Positions 50,807-61,859 of a stretch of 64,000 nucleotides of DNA are shown one piece after another. This stretch comes from Takakia lepidozioides (Eukaryota > Plantae > Bryophyta): assembly GCA_030704615.1 (NCBI GenBank), contig CM060733.1:45632001-45696000 (forward strand). Direction: 5' to 3'. Position numbers and translations under genes: made by a program. The notes beneath the pieces were generated by a model. It was not told the origin of the DNA. It saw only the letters and a program-made list of their open reading frames with translations, and ran no database searches. Position 1 is the stretch's first letter, and each line of letters opens with the position of its first letter.

Positions 50807-51493
50807 TCAACCATCCTCCCACACTCGGAGCAGGTGTGTCCCCTCCCACCTGAACCTCTTGGCTCGTTGTAGGATCCGATCCCTCTCCTTGGCAGTCATA
50901 GTGGCTGCCGTGTCTCCACTGCGGAGGTAGTCCAACACAACTGAATCCTCATGTATATCTTTGGCGCCACCCTGCTCATTGCTGGCCTCAGGGTCCTCAG
51001 ACACTTGATCTATAGTCATCCCTGTTGTAGGTCCAACCTGGCCTTCCGCTGCCAAGATACACAGAAATGCAGATGCATGCCATCCGGGCACCATCTCCTC
51101 GTCCGTCTCACCATGCCACCGAGCTCCAGTGTCATCCTGCTGGCTCGTGCATGGATTGCGACTCAACCCATCTGCATTTCGATTGACCAAACCCGGTCGA
51201 TGCACCACCTGAAAGTCATACTCTTGAAGGATGAGTGCCCACCGTGCAAGCTTCCCCGTAAGCTTGTCTGACTCCATCAACCACTTGAGTGGTTGGTGAT
51301 CCGTGACAAGGGTGAAAAGATTGCCGTATAGATAGCACCTGAAGTGTGCCACGGCCCACACTGCAGCTAAGCATTCTCCCTCATATGAGCTATACTTAGA
51401 CTCTGCAGCATTGTTCGAGCGGCTAGCATAAGCCACTACGAACTCTCTTCCCTCATCATCCACCTGTGTGAGCACCGCCCCAGCATGCTCCAA
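50807..51493 (-). CDS. RNase H region of pol (frameshifted from RT; stop at 50807)
   Basis: GAVLTQ...VVAYASR...YSSYEGECLAAVWAVAHFRCYLYG..FTLVTDH.PL. Confidence 0.9.
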   Translation of the reverse strand: MEHAGAVLTQVDDEGREFVVAYASRSNNAAESKYSSYEGECLAAVWAVAHFRCYLYGNLFTLVTDHQPLKWLMESDKLTGKLARWALILQEYDFQVVHRPGLVNRNADGLSRNPCTSQQDDTGARWHGETDEEMVPGWHASAFLCILAAEGQVGPTTGMTIDQVSEDPEASNEQGGAKDIHEDSVVLDYLRSGDTAATMTAKERDRILQRAKRFRWEGTHLLRVWEDG

Positions 51494-52700
51494 TCTGTAT
51501 GCAGCTGAAAAGGACGCCCCCTGATAGGTCGTCTCAAGATGGGCGCCGAGGTCAACCTCGCCTTGAGCTCTTGAAAAGCTTGTTCTTGCTCATCTTCCCA
51601 CTGCCACTCCTGGTCCACCTTGGTCAGCTTGGTTAGAGCCTTTGCAATGGCACTAAATCCCTTAACAAACCGTCTGTAATAGTTTGCTAACCCCATAAAA
51701 GCTCGAACTCGGCTCACATCCGTGGGGCGTGGAACCTGTGCAATGGACTCTACCTTAGTCTGCTGTACCCCCAATCCTCCTGGATATATCATGTGACCCA
51801 GATACTCAATCTGGTTGTGGAAAAACTTGCACTTGCCCGGATGTAACTTCAATCCGTGCGTCCTCAAGCGCTCAAATACCCCCTGAAGGTGTCTCTCATG
51901 CTCCTCCACCGTAGCACTAAAGATGATGATGTCATCTATGTAGCACCGAGCAAACTCCACCCCTGCTAGAATCCTGTCCATGACTCTTTGAAACTCAGCG
52001 GGAGCGTTTTTAAGCCCAAATGGTAAGAACCGCCACTGGTATAGGCAATCCTTCCCGTGCTCATTGATCCCCCAGAATGCCGTCTTTTGCTTATCCGCCT
52101 CCTTGATCGGCAACTGGTGATATCCGGATCGTAAATCCAACGTGCTAAAGACCTTGGAATGCCCAATGGCATCAAAGATCTCCTCTGGTGTTGGCATGGC
52201 ATACCTATCGGACTTGGTCTGACGATTTACAGGCCGGTAATCACCGCACATACGTCTCTCCGTCCAATTGCCATAGACATCCTTCTTAGCTGGCATCACT
52301 GTGGCTGAAGCATACTCTCCACCAGAGAGCTCCACCAAACCTGCCTCCCAGAGATCTTGAGTCCTCATCTGAATCAAAGACCTCTCCATGTCACTGTATC
52401 TATAGGGTCTCCGAAAGATTGGCGTGTCAGTGGCCAACTCAATACGGATCTCTTGACCCTTCAGTGCTCCCAAGTCCTTCAAACTGAAGGCAAAGCAATT
52501 CCTATAAGCCCTCAGGAACCGCCGTATACGTCGTCTCTCTCCTCCGGTGACAATGGGTCCAATGTCAGGCTCCCAATTGTCCTCCGTAACTGCAACCTTA
52601 AGTCCAGTGGGCTTAGAGGTAGAGGACGCGTCCCGTGGTTGCTATGCTGCAACCTCTTGAGCAGTACCCCCTTCCTGCTCAGTCAATGACAAGGCCTCAT
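51436..52700 (-). CDS. Ty3/Gypsy reverse transcriptase
   Basis: RMCGDYRPVN, LDLRSGYHQ, LPFGLKNAP and YIDD. Confidence 0.95.
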
Positions 52701-52709
52701 CCTGCCCCA

Positions 52710-55700
52710 TCATCTCATCATTGAGAACCTCCTCATCCCGAGAAGAATCCCAACCTCATCCATCACAGCTGCCTTCGCTGCCAACTCCCTCTGAACCTCG
52801 AGCACCTCCCACATGTGCCATGGATGTCTACACCTCGTGGTCCTCACCGGCTCGCCCCCACTCGCTGCCTGTACCGTCTCGGTAGGCAGAAAGACCGTCA
52901 AGGGAAGTGCACTCCGCACTCTACGTTGCTCAGCCATAGCCAAGCTGACAATCCAGGTCAAGCAATTGAGATCCATTGCTTGCCCCAACACCTGACGACG
53001 TGATGCCTCAGAAAGAGAAGGCACCGCCGTGGTCCCAGTGGAAAACCCCATAGCCCGCTCTCGCTCGTCGGCATTAGGCTCCACTAACTGCTGCAACTGA
53101 GCATCCCACAGGAGGCCAGGTCCACCATCCCGAAAAGCATGGGATCCTGGGAAGCTGAGCAGTGTAGGTAATGCTGCTCGTGGTTGACCCACCCTGTTGA
53201 CCACTGCCAAAGGCAAACGGTCATCGTGTCTCACACGTTGAGACTGTCTTCCTGTGTCCAAAATGCCATCCACGGTGAGGTGTGCTGGCCGCTGCACCCC
53301 ATCAAATGCACGCTTGAGCAGTGCGGGTGGCATCAAGTTAGTCCACCATAGTCGTGGACGATGAGCCCGTGACCCCACTACAGCTGCATCCAGCAATACT
53401 GCTGACCCAAGCCACGACCGGACTTGATGCACACTGGCCATCACCCTGGCCCGAGAATCACCCATCAGTGGTACATTCTCCAAGATGTATGCTGGAGATA
53501 CAGCTTGATGAAGCTGCAAGCAGCGCAAAATCCGCACCATCTCCCAAAACAGACCCGTCCTCGAGTCTCGCAATCCATTGCCATGCCCGGCTGATGAATG
53601 CCCTTGGCAGGGCCAACCTGCCACTATCAGATCAATGGAGCCAACCTGCTCCAAATCTTGCGCCCCCAACAAGGAAATGTCTGCTGGCAAGGCTTGTTGG
53701 TATCCACGAACTGCAGACACAGGCAACAAGTCAGGGTACTGCTGTACCAACTGAGCCACATGGCGCAGTGAGACGCGTCGTGCAGTCTCATCCCTCTCCA
53801 CATACAGGTAACGCCTTACCCGCACACCTGCCTGTAGCACAGCAGCCAATCCGGTGCTGATCCCGCCAAACAAGTCCAGAAGGCAAATGCCTTCATCCGG
53901 CCGCTGCCACACAAGAGGTGTGGTGTCCAATGGCGACAACTGAGGTGGCCCTGGTGCAATCACCGCACTCTCCTCCTCTCTTGACGGTACAAAAGCTTCT
54001 ACCCAAGCTTGTTGCACCCGTCCATCAGCAGCTTGCTGCAAATCCTTGCTCGTACCCCACAACGGAGTGTGAGCAACCATGGCAGGCAACTCCGCCGTAC
54101 CATGCATGTCATCCTGCTCTGCTGGAGGTGGCACATCCTCTGCATGGGCATTGCCTTCCAGCAACTCTCTAGGCCAACTAACTGCAGCTGTGAAGGCGGC
54201 TAGTGTTGGCATCTTGCCCCGCTGAGCAGCTGCAATACCCCCAATGAATGTCACAGGGAGCTGTGCACGGCGACCATCCCCTGACTGCCATCCAGGCCTG
54301 TAGGATGCTGACTCCTCCCAGAAATCCAGGGTGAAGCCCATGGGGTATAACACTGCCCCACCAACGAGGACATCGTAAGAGACCGCATCTGTCACAATGG
54401 CCTTGGCTCGCATCACTGAGCCATCTACAGGATGATCCGGCTGCAGTCTAATAGCCAACTGATGTCGTGTCATGCCGCGAGCCTGCTCTGATCCTCCCAG
54501 AGATGTCTGTATCTGGAAAGGACAAGGCTCCATATCCGCCTCCATGAGGTCCAAACCTGCAATAGCAGCTCTGCCCAACATCAGTGGCTGAGCTCCTGAG
54601 TCCAACAAGACCCGCAGTGGCCGGTACTTCTTGCCTGCCGGTCCACTCAAAGTGAAAATGCCTCCCTGGTTGTCTAACAAGACAACTCCAGGTGTCACCA
54701 TGGCGCGCTCAATGACTGGCCTAGCTGGCAGCTCCGTTAACCTGGCAGCTGCAACTTGCCATGGCGCAGCCGTGGCAGTCTTGACCCTCAAATCCGAGGA
54801 TCCCTCTGCCACTACACCTTCTACTAACTCCGCAGAAGATGAAGTGACCTCCCCACTCTCACAGAGTGTTGCTGCTAGTCTGAACACTGCAGCTGGTCTC
54901 ACCCCCGGCATCGCAATCATTGTTGCCGAGAACAGTGGGGCCTGACACACAGAGGTGGCTGCCCCCAATAACACACCGGCCGCACTAGCCTTGGCAGCAG
55001 GAGTCAATGCTGCACGTGTAGCTCTCCCCAATGGCATAGTAACCTCCGCCTCGGTAACAGTCGGGCGAGAACTAGGTGCCATGGATGGCGTCGACACAGT
55101 CTCCGCCAATGTGAATGACTGAGGAAGCCTTGCCTGACGGCTTGCCTCCCCACGCTGTGGATCCAATTCCACCTCTGCACCTCGTGGCTCAGGAACTCGT
55201 GCTGCTCCTCGAGTCACGGCTGCAGCAGACTCCACCTGCTCTAGTGGTAGTGCTGCTCCGCACATAAATCCCATGCCTCCCATATCTCCTCCCTCAGGAG
55301 CAGGAGGTGGACCATCCCGCCTGGGAGCCGGTACCGCCTGAGCTATAGCCATGGCAGCGAGCCTCTGCTCTAGCTGCTGAAGCCGGTTGGCCATGCCTTG
55401 ATCAACACCCTGACCTCCGCGTCCTTGGCCATGTTGAGGTTGCCCTTGGCCTGCACCTTGTGACCGACCACCTCGTCCTCTCTGGGCTGGTCCATTTCGC
55501 CCCCGGCCACCATTGTTCCCTTGGAACTGGCCTGGGCGCAACTCAGGATGCAAGTCATAACACTGGGCATCTCCATGCCCATACTTGCCACAATGCCCAC
55601 ACTGCAACTGTGCAGGCTGTGCTTGTGGCGGCCTTCTGCCATTCTCTGGGCAATCTCTTTTGACATGGGGTCCTCCACATATCCAACATATCACCCCTGG

Positions 55701-56843
55701 TTGCTGTTGGCCTGCAAAAGATGCCACGGGCCTCTGCACCTGAGGTCCCCTGTAAGCTCCATGGAACTTGGGCTGGGCAACCTTGCCCCCCTGACCACGC
55801 TGTTGGGCAGTCCCTTGTGCCTGTGGGCTGACAGCTGTGCCCCGTACAGGCATGTCCTTGCCAAATCCAATTGTAACAACTCGCTCCTCCACCATGTTGA
55901 GCTCAATCTGCTCAGCCAGCAGAAACACATCTGCTAAGGTGGGTTGGGCTGCTTGTAACAGGGTTGCATCTCGCACCCTTCTCTTGAGCTCCTTGTCCAG
56001 AATTCCATACCAAAACTGGATTGCCTGAGCTTCAGTAACCCCTTGGGTCACACTTATCAAGCGCCTCATACGAGTGTACGCCTCTCGCAGGCTCTCACTG
56101 GGTTTGCGCTGGAAGTCTTGCAAACTTCGCAGCTTCTCTGTCCGTACACCTTGGTAGTTCCTCCGCAACTCCTGGAAGAACTCCACCACCGGGTTGAATC
56201 TAGGCACATGTGTTGTAGTCGTGGCAGGAGGAGTAGTAGCACCTTTTGAACTGGTACCACCTGCAGAAGTACCAGCACTACTTGCTCCACTACTAGTGCT
56301 GGCAGTGGGAGCTATTGGTACTGATGCAGCTACTGGTCGCGTCGTGCCTCGAGTAATGGAGACGTAGTCAGGTGACCAATACATCCTCCACTCCTCAATC
56401 TCTGCTTCATGTCCTCGCCTGAACTCGTGGTAATCGTCCATAGGCGGGCCTTCCAAATGCTGGAACAGTCCCTTCCACGCCATGAATGGGGTGAATAGCT
56501 GTGGATTGCGCATCTGCTGCAAATCACACCAGCTGTCGAACTCCTGGATAAAGTCATCCAACTCAATTGTGCCCACAGCTCCAAAGTACCTACGAGGCCC
56601 CTTGGTAGCTCCATACATCTCCTCCATGTCGTCCCACAACAATGGCGAATGAAAGTGCACACCTGTTGATGAAGCCTCCGAGTCTGTGTCTGACTCTACA
56701 GTAGTTGAGGGTGGCGGTGAAGGTGGTCTGAACCGAATACCTCGTCTTGTGAACCCACTCTCACTGTCACTGCTTGTAGCCGTACTCCCCTCAAAACCCT
56801 TGGGTAACTCCATAATGACACTCACAATGTGCACCTCCTCCAC
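52710..56843 (-). CDS. Gag (two zinc knuckles) - aspartic protease - C5 cytosine DNA methyltransferase polyprotein
   Basis: CWICGGPH...C, CGHCGKYGH....C and LLDSGAQ. MTase motifs LDLFGG, E (YVE), DI, AGWPCQ, ILENV, RPRLWW and LGQAM lie at about 53890-52960. Confidence 0.93.
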   Translation of the reverse strand: MEEVHIVSVIMELPKGFEGSTATSSDSESGFTRRGIRFRPPSPPPSTTVESDTDSEASSTGVHFHSPLLWDDMEEMYGATKGPRRYFGAVGTIELDDFIQEFDSWCDLQQMRNPQLFTPFMAWKGLFQHLEGPPMDDYHEFRRGHEAEIEEWRMYWSPDYVSITRGTTRPVAASVPIAPTASTSSGASSAGTSAGGTSSKGATTPPATTTTHVPRFNPVVEFFQELRRNYQGVRTEKLRSLQDFQRKPSESLREAYTRMRRLISVTQGVTEAQAIQFWYGILDKELKRRVRDATLLQAAQPTLADVFLLAEQIELNMVEERVVTIGFGKDMPVRGTAVSPQAQGTAQQRGQGGKVAQPKFHGAYRGPQVQRPVASFAGQQQPGVICWICGGPHVKRDCPENGRRPPQAQPAQLQCGHCGKYGHGDAQCYDLHPELRPGQFQGNNGGRGRNGPAQRGRGGRSQGAGQGQPQHGQGRGGQGVDQGMANRLQQLEQRLAAMAIAQAVPAPRRDGPPPAPEGGDMGGMGFMCGAALPLEQVESAAAVTRGAARVPEPRGAEVELDPQRGEASRQARLPQSFTLAETVSTPSMAPSSRPTVTEAEVTMPLGRATRAALTPAAKASAAGVLLGAATSVCQAPLFSATMIAMPGVRPAAVFRLAATLCESGEVTSSSAELVEGVVAEGSSDLRVKTATAAPWQVAAARLTELPARPVIERAMVTPGVVLLDNQGGIFTLSGPAGKKYRPLRVLLDSGAQPLMLGRAAIAGLDLMEADMEPCPFQIQTSLGGSEQARGMTRHQLAIRLQPDHPVDGSVMRAKAIVTDAVSYDVLVGGAVLYPMGFTLDFWEESASYRPGWQSGDGRRAQLPVTFIGGIAAAQRGKMPTLAAFTAAVSWPRELLEGNAHAEDVPPPAEQDDMHGTAELPAMVAHTPLWGTSKDLQQAADGRVQQAWVEAFVPSREEESAVIAPGPPQLSPLDTTPLVWQRPDEGICLLDLFGGISTGLAAVLQAGVRVRRYLYVERDETARRVSLRHVAQLVQQYPDLLPVSAVRGYQQALPADISLLGAQDLEQVGSIDLIVAGWPCQGHSSAGHGNGLRDSRTGLFWEMVRILRCLQLHQAVSPAYILENVPLMGDSRARVMASVHQVRSWLGSAVLLDAAVVGSRAHRPRLWWTNLMPPALLKRAFDGVQRPAHLTVDGILDTGRQSQRVRHDDRLPLAVVNRVGQPRAALPTLLSFPGSHAFRDGGPGLLWDAQLQQLVEPNADERERAMGFSTGTTAVPSLSEASRRQVLGQAMDLNCLTWIVSLAMAEQRRVRSALPLTVFLPTETVQAASGGEPVRTTRCRHPWHMWEVLEVQRELAAKAAVMDEVGILLGMRRFSMMR

Positions 56844-59800
56844 GTGACACTATAAGGCTCTAGTACTAATCTAATAGTGACACGGGTGGGCACCTGTTGC
56901 AGTCTAAGGGTCATATCCCAATGGCTCAGGGCACCTGCACCTGCATCCACCGCAAGAACTCCTATGGTTGGCTGGTCATCACTCCAGCCTCACCACCAAC
57001 AGCATACTCTAGGATTGACCGGTGATCAAATCCGGCCTAATCCCTATGAAAGCAAGCGCCCACACAAAACCAACATGGCGCACAGTCAAGCATGCAGGTG
57101 TTGGGGGGGATCCAAACACAAGAAATCAAAACATCAACACCCCCACACCAAAATCCAGCAGCAACGCTGATCCTGCAGAATATCCCAGCCCAAAACCCCG
57201 GACTGACTGGCCTCCACCAAGAGAGGCTTTGGCAACTACAAGTACAAGGTAATGAAAATAGTACAGAGATGGAGGGGAAGAACAGAAGCCCGCCCAAGCA
57301 AGATCTAATCCTGATCTATGCTATCAACTTCCAGACTTCTCTCAAAGTGCCTCGCTCTGCTTGATGGTAAGGTGTAGGAGGTATATCTATGTCCAGAAAC
57401 CTGCCACTAACCTTGTCCCAAGCTACAGTAGCTCGCTCTAATCAACCCTCCTCCTCTTTCTGCCAGGTAGAGACAAAGCAACACTCTACTATCTCCCGCT
57501 CACTGAACACTAAAGAAAACAAAGGTAGGGTCTGATAGTCTCTCAACTCGAAAGCTTTGAGACGGTTGCGGGTGTCCTCATTGCGAATGACTGCATCTCC
57601 TTCACGCACAACAAACATGTCATTGCTGATGAACCCCCGCTCGTGGTTGCCCTGTGCAGAGCGTATCCGGCTGCAACCATGTCTGATTGCACAAACTTGT
57701 GTAGCTCCTGCTCCTCTGCTCCAGTACACCACGGCCTTGTGGCTGAACACCTTGGTCCCCGGGGCTGTCTTTGGCTGTGTTCCAAGCCTAGCTTTCACCC
57801 ACTTTGGTATTTCACCTACAGCTGCAGAACTGCTGGCTCCAACAGAGTTCTGACTGTCCAAGGCGATATTGAGGCCCTCAATGCCAACTACAGCAGTCTG
57901 TTGTCTACTGCTAATGCCTGACTCCCAGTATGCAATCAACTCGTCCAACTGTTCTCCACCCAAATCAGTCTGAGTTCCTTGGGAAACATAAATCCTGTCC
58001 CCTTGTGTGCACAGGCTAAGAGAAGAGACCTGCCCTTCAATTACGTCCTCATTTCCCCCAGCCATACAAGGAGTACATCCACAGATTTGTCTCTAATATA
58101 GACCAGCACAGGTTCTAGAAACAGGATTGTGGATCTTTCATGACACACTCACACTCTAAAAATTCCATAGATTTTTAGCAGAGTCCCAAAAACAGAAACC
58201 AGGTCTAGATAGGTAGATTTCCCCTTTCTGCAGCTATCCCCTCAAAAACTGAGTCAAACGGAGCTCATTTGACAAAGATATGACCAACCAGGCTCTTTAA
58301 ACATTTAAATTAGATCAAAAAGGTTTTTTTTTTTTTTTTAACACCAAAACGCTTTTGCCATTACAACCTGTTCCCAGGTTATCTACGAGTTCCCGAGGTC
58401 GTTCCCCTCCAGGATTCTCCAGGCACCAAGAGCTCGTTAATTCCAAAACTCGACCTCAGTTATGGATGGGGTATCACACCCTAGGGCGATTTCAAGAGCA
58501 GGTCAAGAGATGCACTGCGCAGCACCTTCATGGCTTATGGACAGGCGGCCTGCAATCGAAAGATTCGTGGATGGTTGCTGGACTTGCACAATACATCTAC
58601 CACATCGGAGGTGAAACCGAGGAACTGACTCCCACATATGACATTGCCAGTGTGAGAGGAAAAACAAGTTGTCCCATTGGTGGATCCCTTCGATATCACA
58701 GAGCTTTCAGGTGCACTTGGCTTGACGGCGAGAGTATTTGGCAGAACATCTCTTCCCTGTTTCTGTAAAACCCTGCACCTGCTTGCCATTACTTCTGCCA
58801 ATTTTTCCAGTCTCTAATTCTAGTTTAGAATCCTGCTTTGCACCCATATCCTGATCGTCCTCAATCTCTTTGGCAATATGGTGTGTACTGCCATCTTTGA
58901 TTCCGACATCTGCATTTAGTTCTTTGCTTCTCCTTTTTGTATCCCCTGATCCTACATTGTTCCGGTTAGTGTAAGTAGAAATTGGGGAGCTGTTTTAAGC
59001 GCCTGACAATGGGGAGCAATGGACCAGGGAACACAGGAGTAGCTGCGTGGCCTCGTACACCTGAAGGAATCAACCGAGATCTTCTCAGCTGCTTGGCACC
59101 AGCCCTGGAAAATATGGGTGGGGAATCACTCACAGGACTCAAAGGATCGTTATGGCCCACAGCTGGCCTAACCACTGCAATCACAGGCTCTTCGGCTACG
59201 GCATTGCTTTTCGGCGTTCTCTCCACATGTTGCATTCCATTTAGAGTGTCATTGTAGTGGTAGCCAATTGGCACTCCTATAATCACGCCTACGTTGAGCC
59301 AGGCTCGCCATGCATGACTCTCAGCCCCATCTCAGCAGTTGGTGACTAGCATCAACATCTTTCAGTTGACTCTCTCTCTATGTACGAGGCTTTGATTTAG
59401 CAGCCACAACTTATCAGCGTCGTTTCCCGAAATGATAGGGTCTCGCCGAGAGATCACATAACGACTCCTCGGCGCATGGCAATGCCTTAGTTGACTTCAA
59501 CCTGCCCTCCAGGCCAAGATTGTCCAGAACAAACACACCCCCGAATCACTGCCTGCCGCTGCACACTCAGATGTACCCAAGATTTTATTGCTCTCTTCAG
59601 CAACCCAACCGGATCAGACTAGTCAGCCAGACTCAGGCTGCACAACTCAAATTTCTCCAGACCATCCCTGCACACTCGATGATTTCCAAGACTCCGGAAA
59701 GAGCCTCCTCCTGCAAGAACCCCAGCCTCTCTCTGGCTTTCGGAGCGCATGCGTACAAATCATTGCGACTTCCTCAGTCTCTCGCCATCCAAAATCACAA

Positions 59801-60127
59801 CTTTTCTTCGCGTTTGAGCTCTCAAAATTCTGCAGCGAACTTGTCTGCTACAGAACTGGCCATATCTGTTTGGTAAGCCCGCAGCACCCGCAACCTGCAA
59901 TTGTCAACCACGGAAGAGTTCAACCAAGCACGCAGCGCTCATCGCTGCACAGTCAGCGGAGCTCGTTCCGCTCCCATCTCCTCCCCCACCACCCAGAAAC
60001 CAAAGATGATCGAAACCTGCATGTTTCTTTTTTGTTTATTAAGCTTATTAAACTAAGCACTACTTACACACAGGTAATCATACAAGTGCTAACCCTCAAC
60101 TCCTACCTTGCACTCACAGGTAAGAGG

Positions 60128-60141
60128 TCATCTCTCTCGAG
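60128..60141 (-). promoter_or_regulatory. Self-complementary primer-binding site
   Basis: tcatctctctcgag is the reverse complement of ctcgagagagatga at 60321-60334 (and 49002-49015). Confidence 0.8.
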
Positions 60142-60486
60142 TGATAAGAAAACTCAAAACACACTGTTCACACAAAATATGAAATCCATCAACATCACTC
60201 TTTAATATAATAGTCGAGCCAGGGGCACCCCAAGCTATGGGGACTCCACCCCACAACAACCTATACCCCTACATAAGCACACTCAGATTCTAAAGCATGA
60301 GCTCGGTCGCGCAGGCTCAACTCGAGAGAGATGAGCTGCGCGACTGCCGCTCTCGTGAAGATAAGACGGACCAGGTGTCAAACTAAACTTGACACCTGAT
60401 TTAACACTTGACCTAAATCCAAGTGTTAAATACAAATAACTAGTTTTATGCTAGCTGTTTTCACACTGTGCTTATTTAACTTGACA
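60142..60486 (-). repeat. 5' terminal repeat (segment B only)
   Basis: Near-identical to 48819-49167; TG...CA ends. Confidence 0.95.
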
Positions 60487-60518
60487 AAATCTTTAGCCCT
60501 GTGCCTACTGAATACAAG

Positions 60519-61349
60519 TCACGTTGTCAATGGGACTTCGACTGCTCTCAGAACTAGCTCATGAGTCATGGGGCTCCTCCAGGTAAAGTCGATTGCAGCC
60601 GTTGTACTGCCCCTAGTGATGTTCACCACAATGTCCTGCCCTTCAATCATACCACCATCGAATATGGAAATCTTCACGTTTTCGTCGTCCACACCAATGC
60701 GAATGTCCCTATACAATGGAGAAGAGGAGCACACTCCTTCAGGAGAATAGGTCTCTCCGATGGAGTCCACCCACGTCCAGTGGCAGCAGTTCCACCGCAA
60801 CAGCATAGCAGTGCGCCTTCTTCTGCATGGGTGACCGTCGTAGCTGGGAAAATCGGAATCGAGGATGCACAGGAGCCACGGACTCCTCAGACCAAGATCG
60901 TCACCCCGCTCGAAGGCGTAGTGGCCTAGGATATACTCAAAAGCCACCAATGTTTCCACAATCGAACCAGTATCTTCTCTGTAATCTGTGTACCAGATAA
61001 CAATGTCTCCCGATGTGGCCGAATACATTGCATAATCGATGCCTCCAAATGGGCAGTCGTCCCGGTTCCGGAAGCACGACATCCTTGCAAAGGAGGACCT
61101 GAGGACGACTTGGATGCCGATGACCTTGCGAACAGCTACGAAGCCCTTAGATTTTGGAAATGATGCGAAGCGGAAGAGCAGTCCGGCCTCCAATAATGGA
61201 GCATCTGGGTCCCACGTACCCACCGACGGAGGTGGAACGTGTTCATCACGCCAGCGGTGGATGAACCCATACATCTTTCTCATCAACAAGTTATAGTTTG
61301 AGATCTGCCACCGAAGTCCATCCCCCCGGATGGAAATTCGGCGCCGCAT
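60519..61349 (-). CDS. Unknown protein (MULE copy-2 cargo)
   Basis: 276-codon open frame with an inverted paralogous fragment at about 61600-61790. Confidence 0.5.
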   Translation of the reverse strand: MRRRISIRGDGLRWQISNYNLLMRKMYGFIHRWRDEHVPPPSVGTWDPDAPLLEAGLLFRFASFPKSKGFVAVRKVIGIQVVLRSSFARMSCFRNRDDCPFGGIDYAMYSATSGDIVIWYTDYREDTGSIVETLVAFEYILGHYAFERGDDLGLRSPWLLCILDSDFPSYDGHPCRRRRTAMLLRWNCCHWTWVDSIGETYSPEGVCSSSPLYRDIRIGVDDENVKISIFDGGMIEGQDIVVNITRGSTTAAIDFTWRSPMTHELVLRAVEVPLTT

Positions 61350-61859
61350 TTACATCGAAGAGGGGATGGACTTCGTCGTGTCCAGTGGCTATCGGCCCAC
61401 CTGGCAGTGACTGCCCATAGTTTGCATGGCAGGGTAGGAAACTGAAACGGCTACATTCATGCAGCAACCAATCTTCATCGGTCCAGGATCCTGTAGGGGG
61501 GAAATTTAAATGTGCCCTGGAGTGTTTGTGAGGAATTGCAGCGTTAGCTTGAACTTTTTCCAGCCACCGCGCTGCTCCTCCTCCATCCGGGAGCTGCTGT
61601 CATTGAGCGTACTCCGCTACTCTTTTTCAAGGATGCCGTGCCGCCGAAATCCAGCCGACTGCCCTTATCATGGCCACGATTATGCTATGTTCAAACCAGA
61701 ATTAGGAGACATCATTGTCTGGCTCTCTGTTTTCACAAACGCTGCTGGAATCAAGCAAGAGCCGCAATGGAGTCAACCGCTTTCGAGGTGAAAAATGAAA
61801 ATTGTTTCGTTACACGAAATACCAACACGGGTCTATAAATTGGACAGAAACGAGGTTGG

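Larger units (their letters stand above)
48733..60486 (-). mobile_element. Ty3/Gypsy-like retrotransposon with split terminal repeats, C5-MTase and PHD
   Basis: Domain order gag-PR-MTase-RT-RH-IN-PHD. Repeat A at 48733-48817 and 49170-49254; repeat B at 48819-49167 and 60142-60486. Confidence 0.95.

Noticed and set aside
45740-60486. YR gene as part of the split-repeat retroelement (DIRS/Ngaro)
   Set aside because: The YR lies outside the terminal repeats, has introns, and is separated from them by a MULE terminus; the retroelement has its own DDE integrase.
48728-60491. 5-bp TSD around the Gypsy element
   Set aside because: The flanks caatt and aaatc mismatch at 2 of 5 positions although the repeats are nearly identical.
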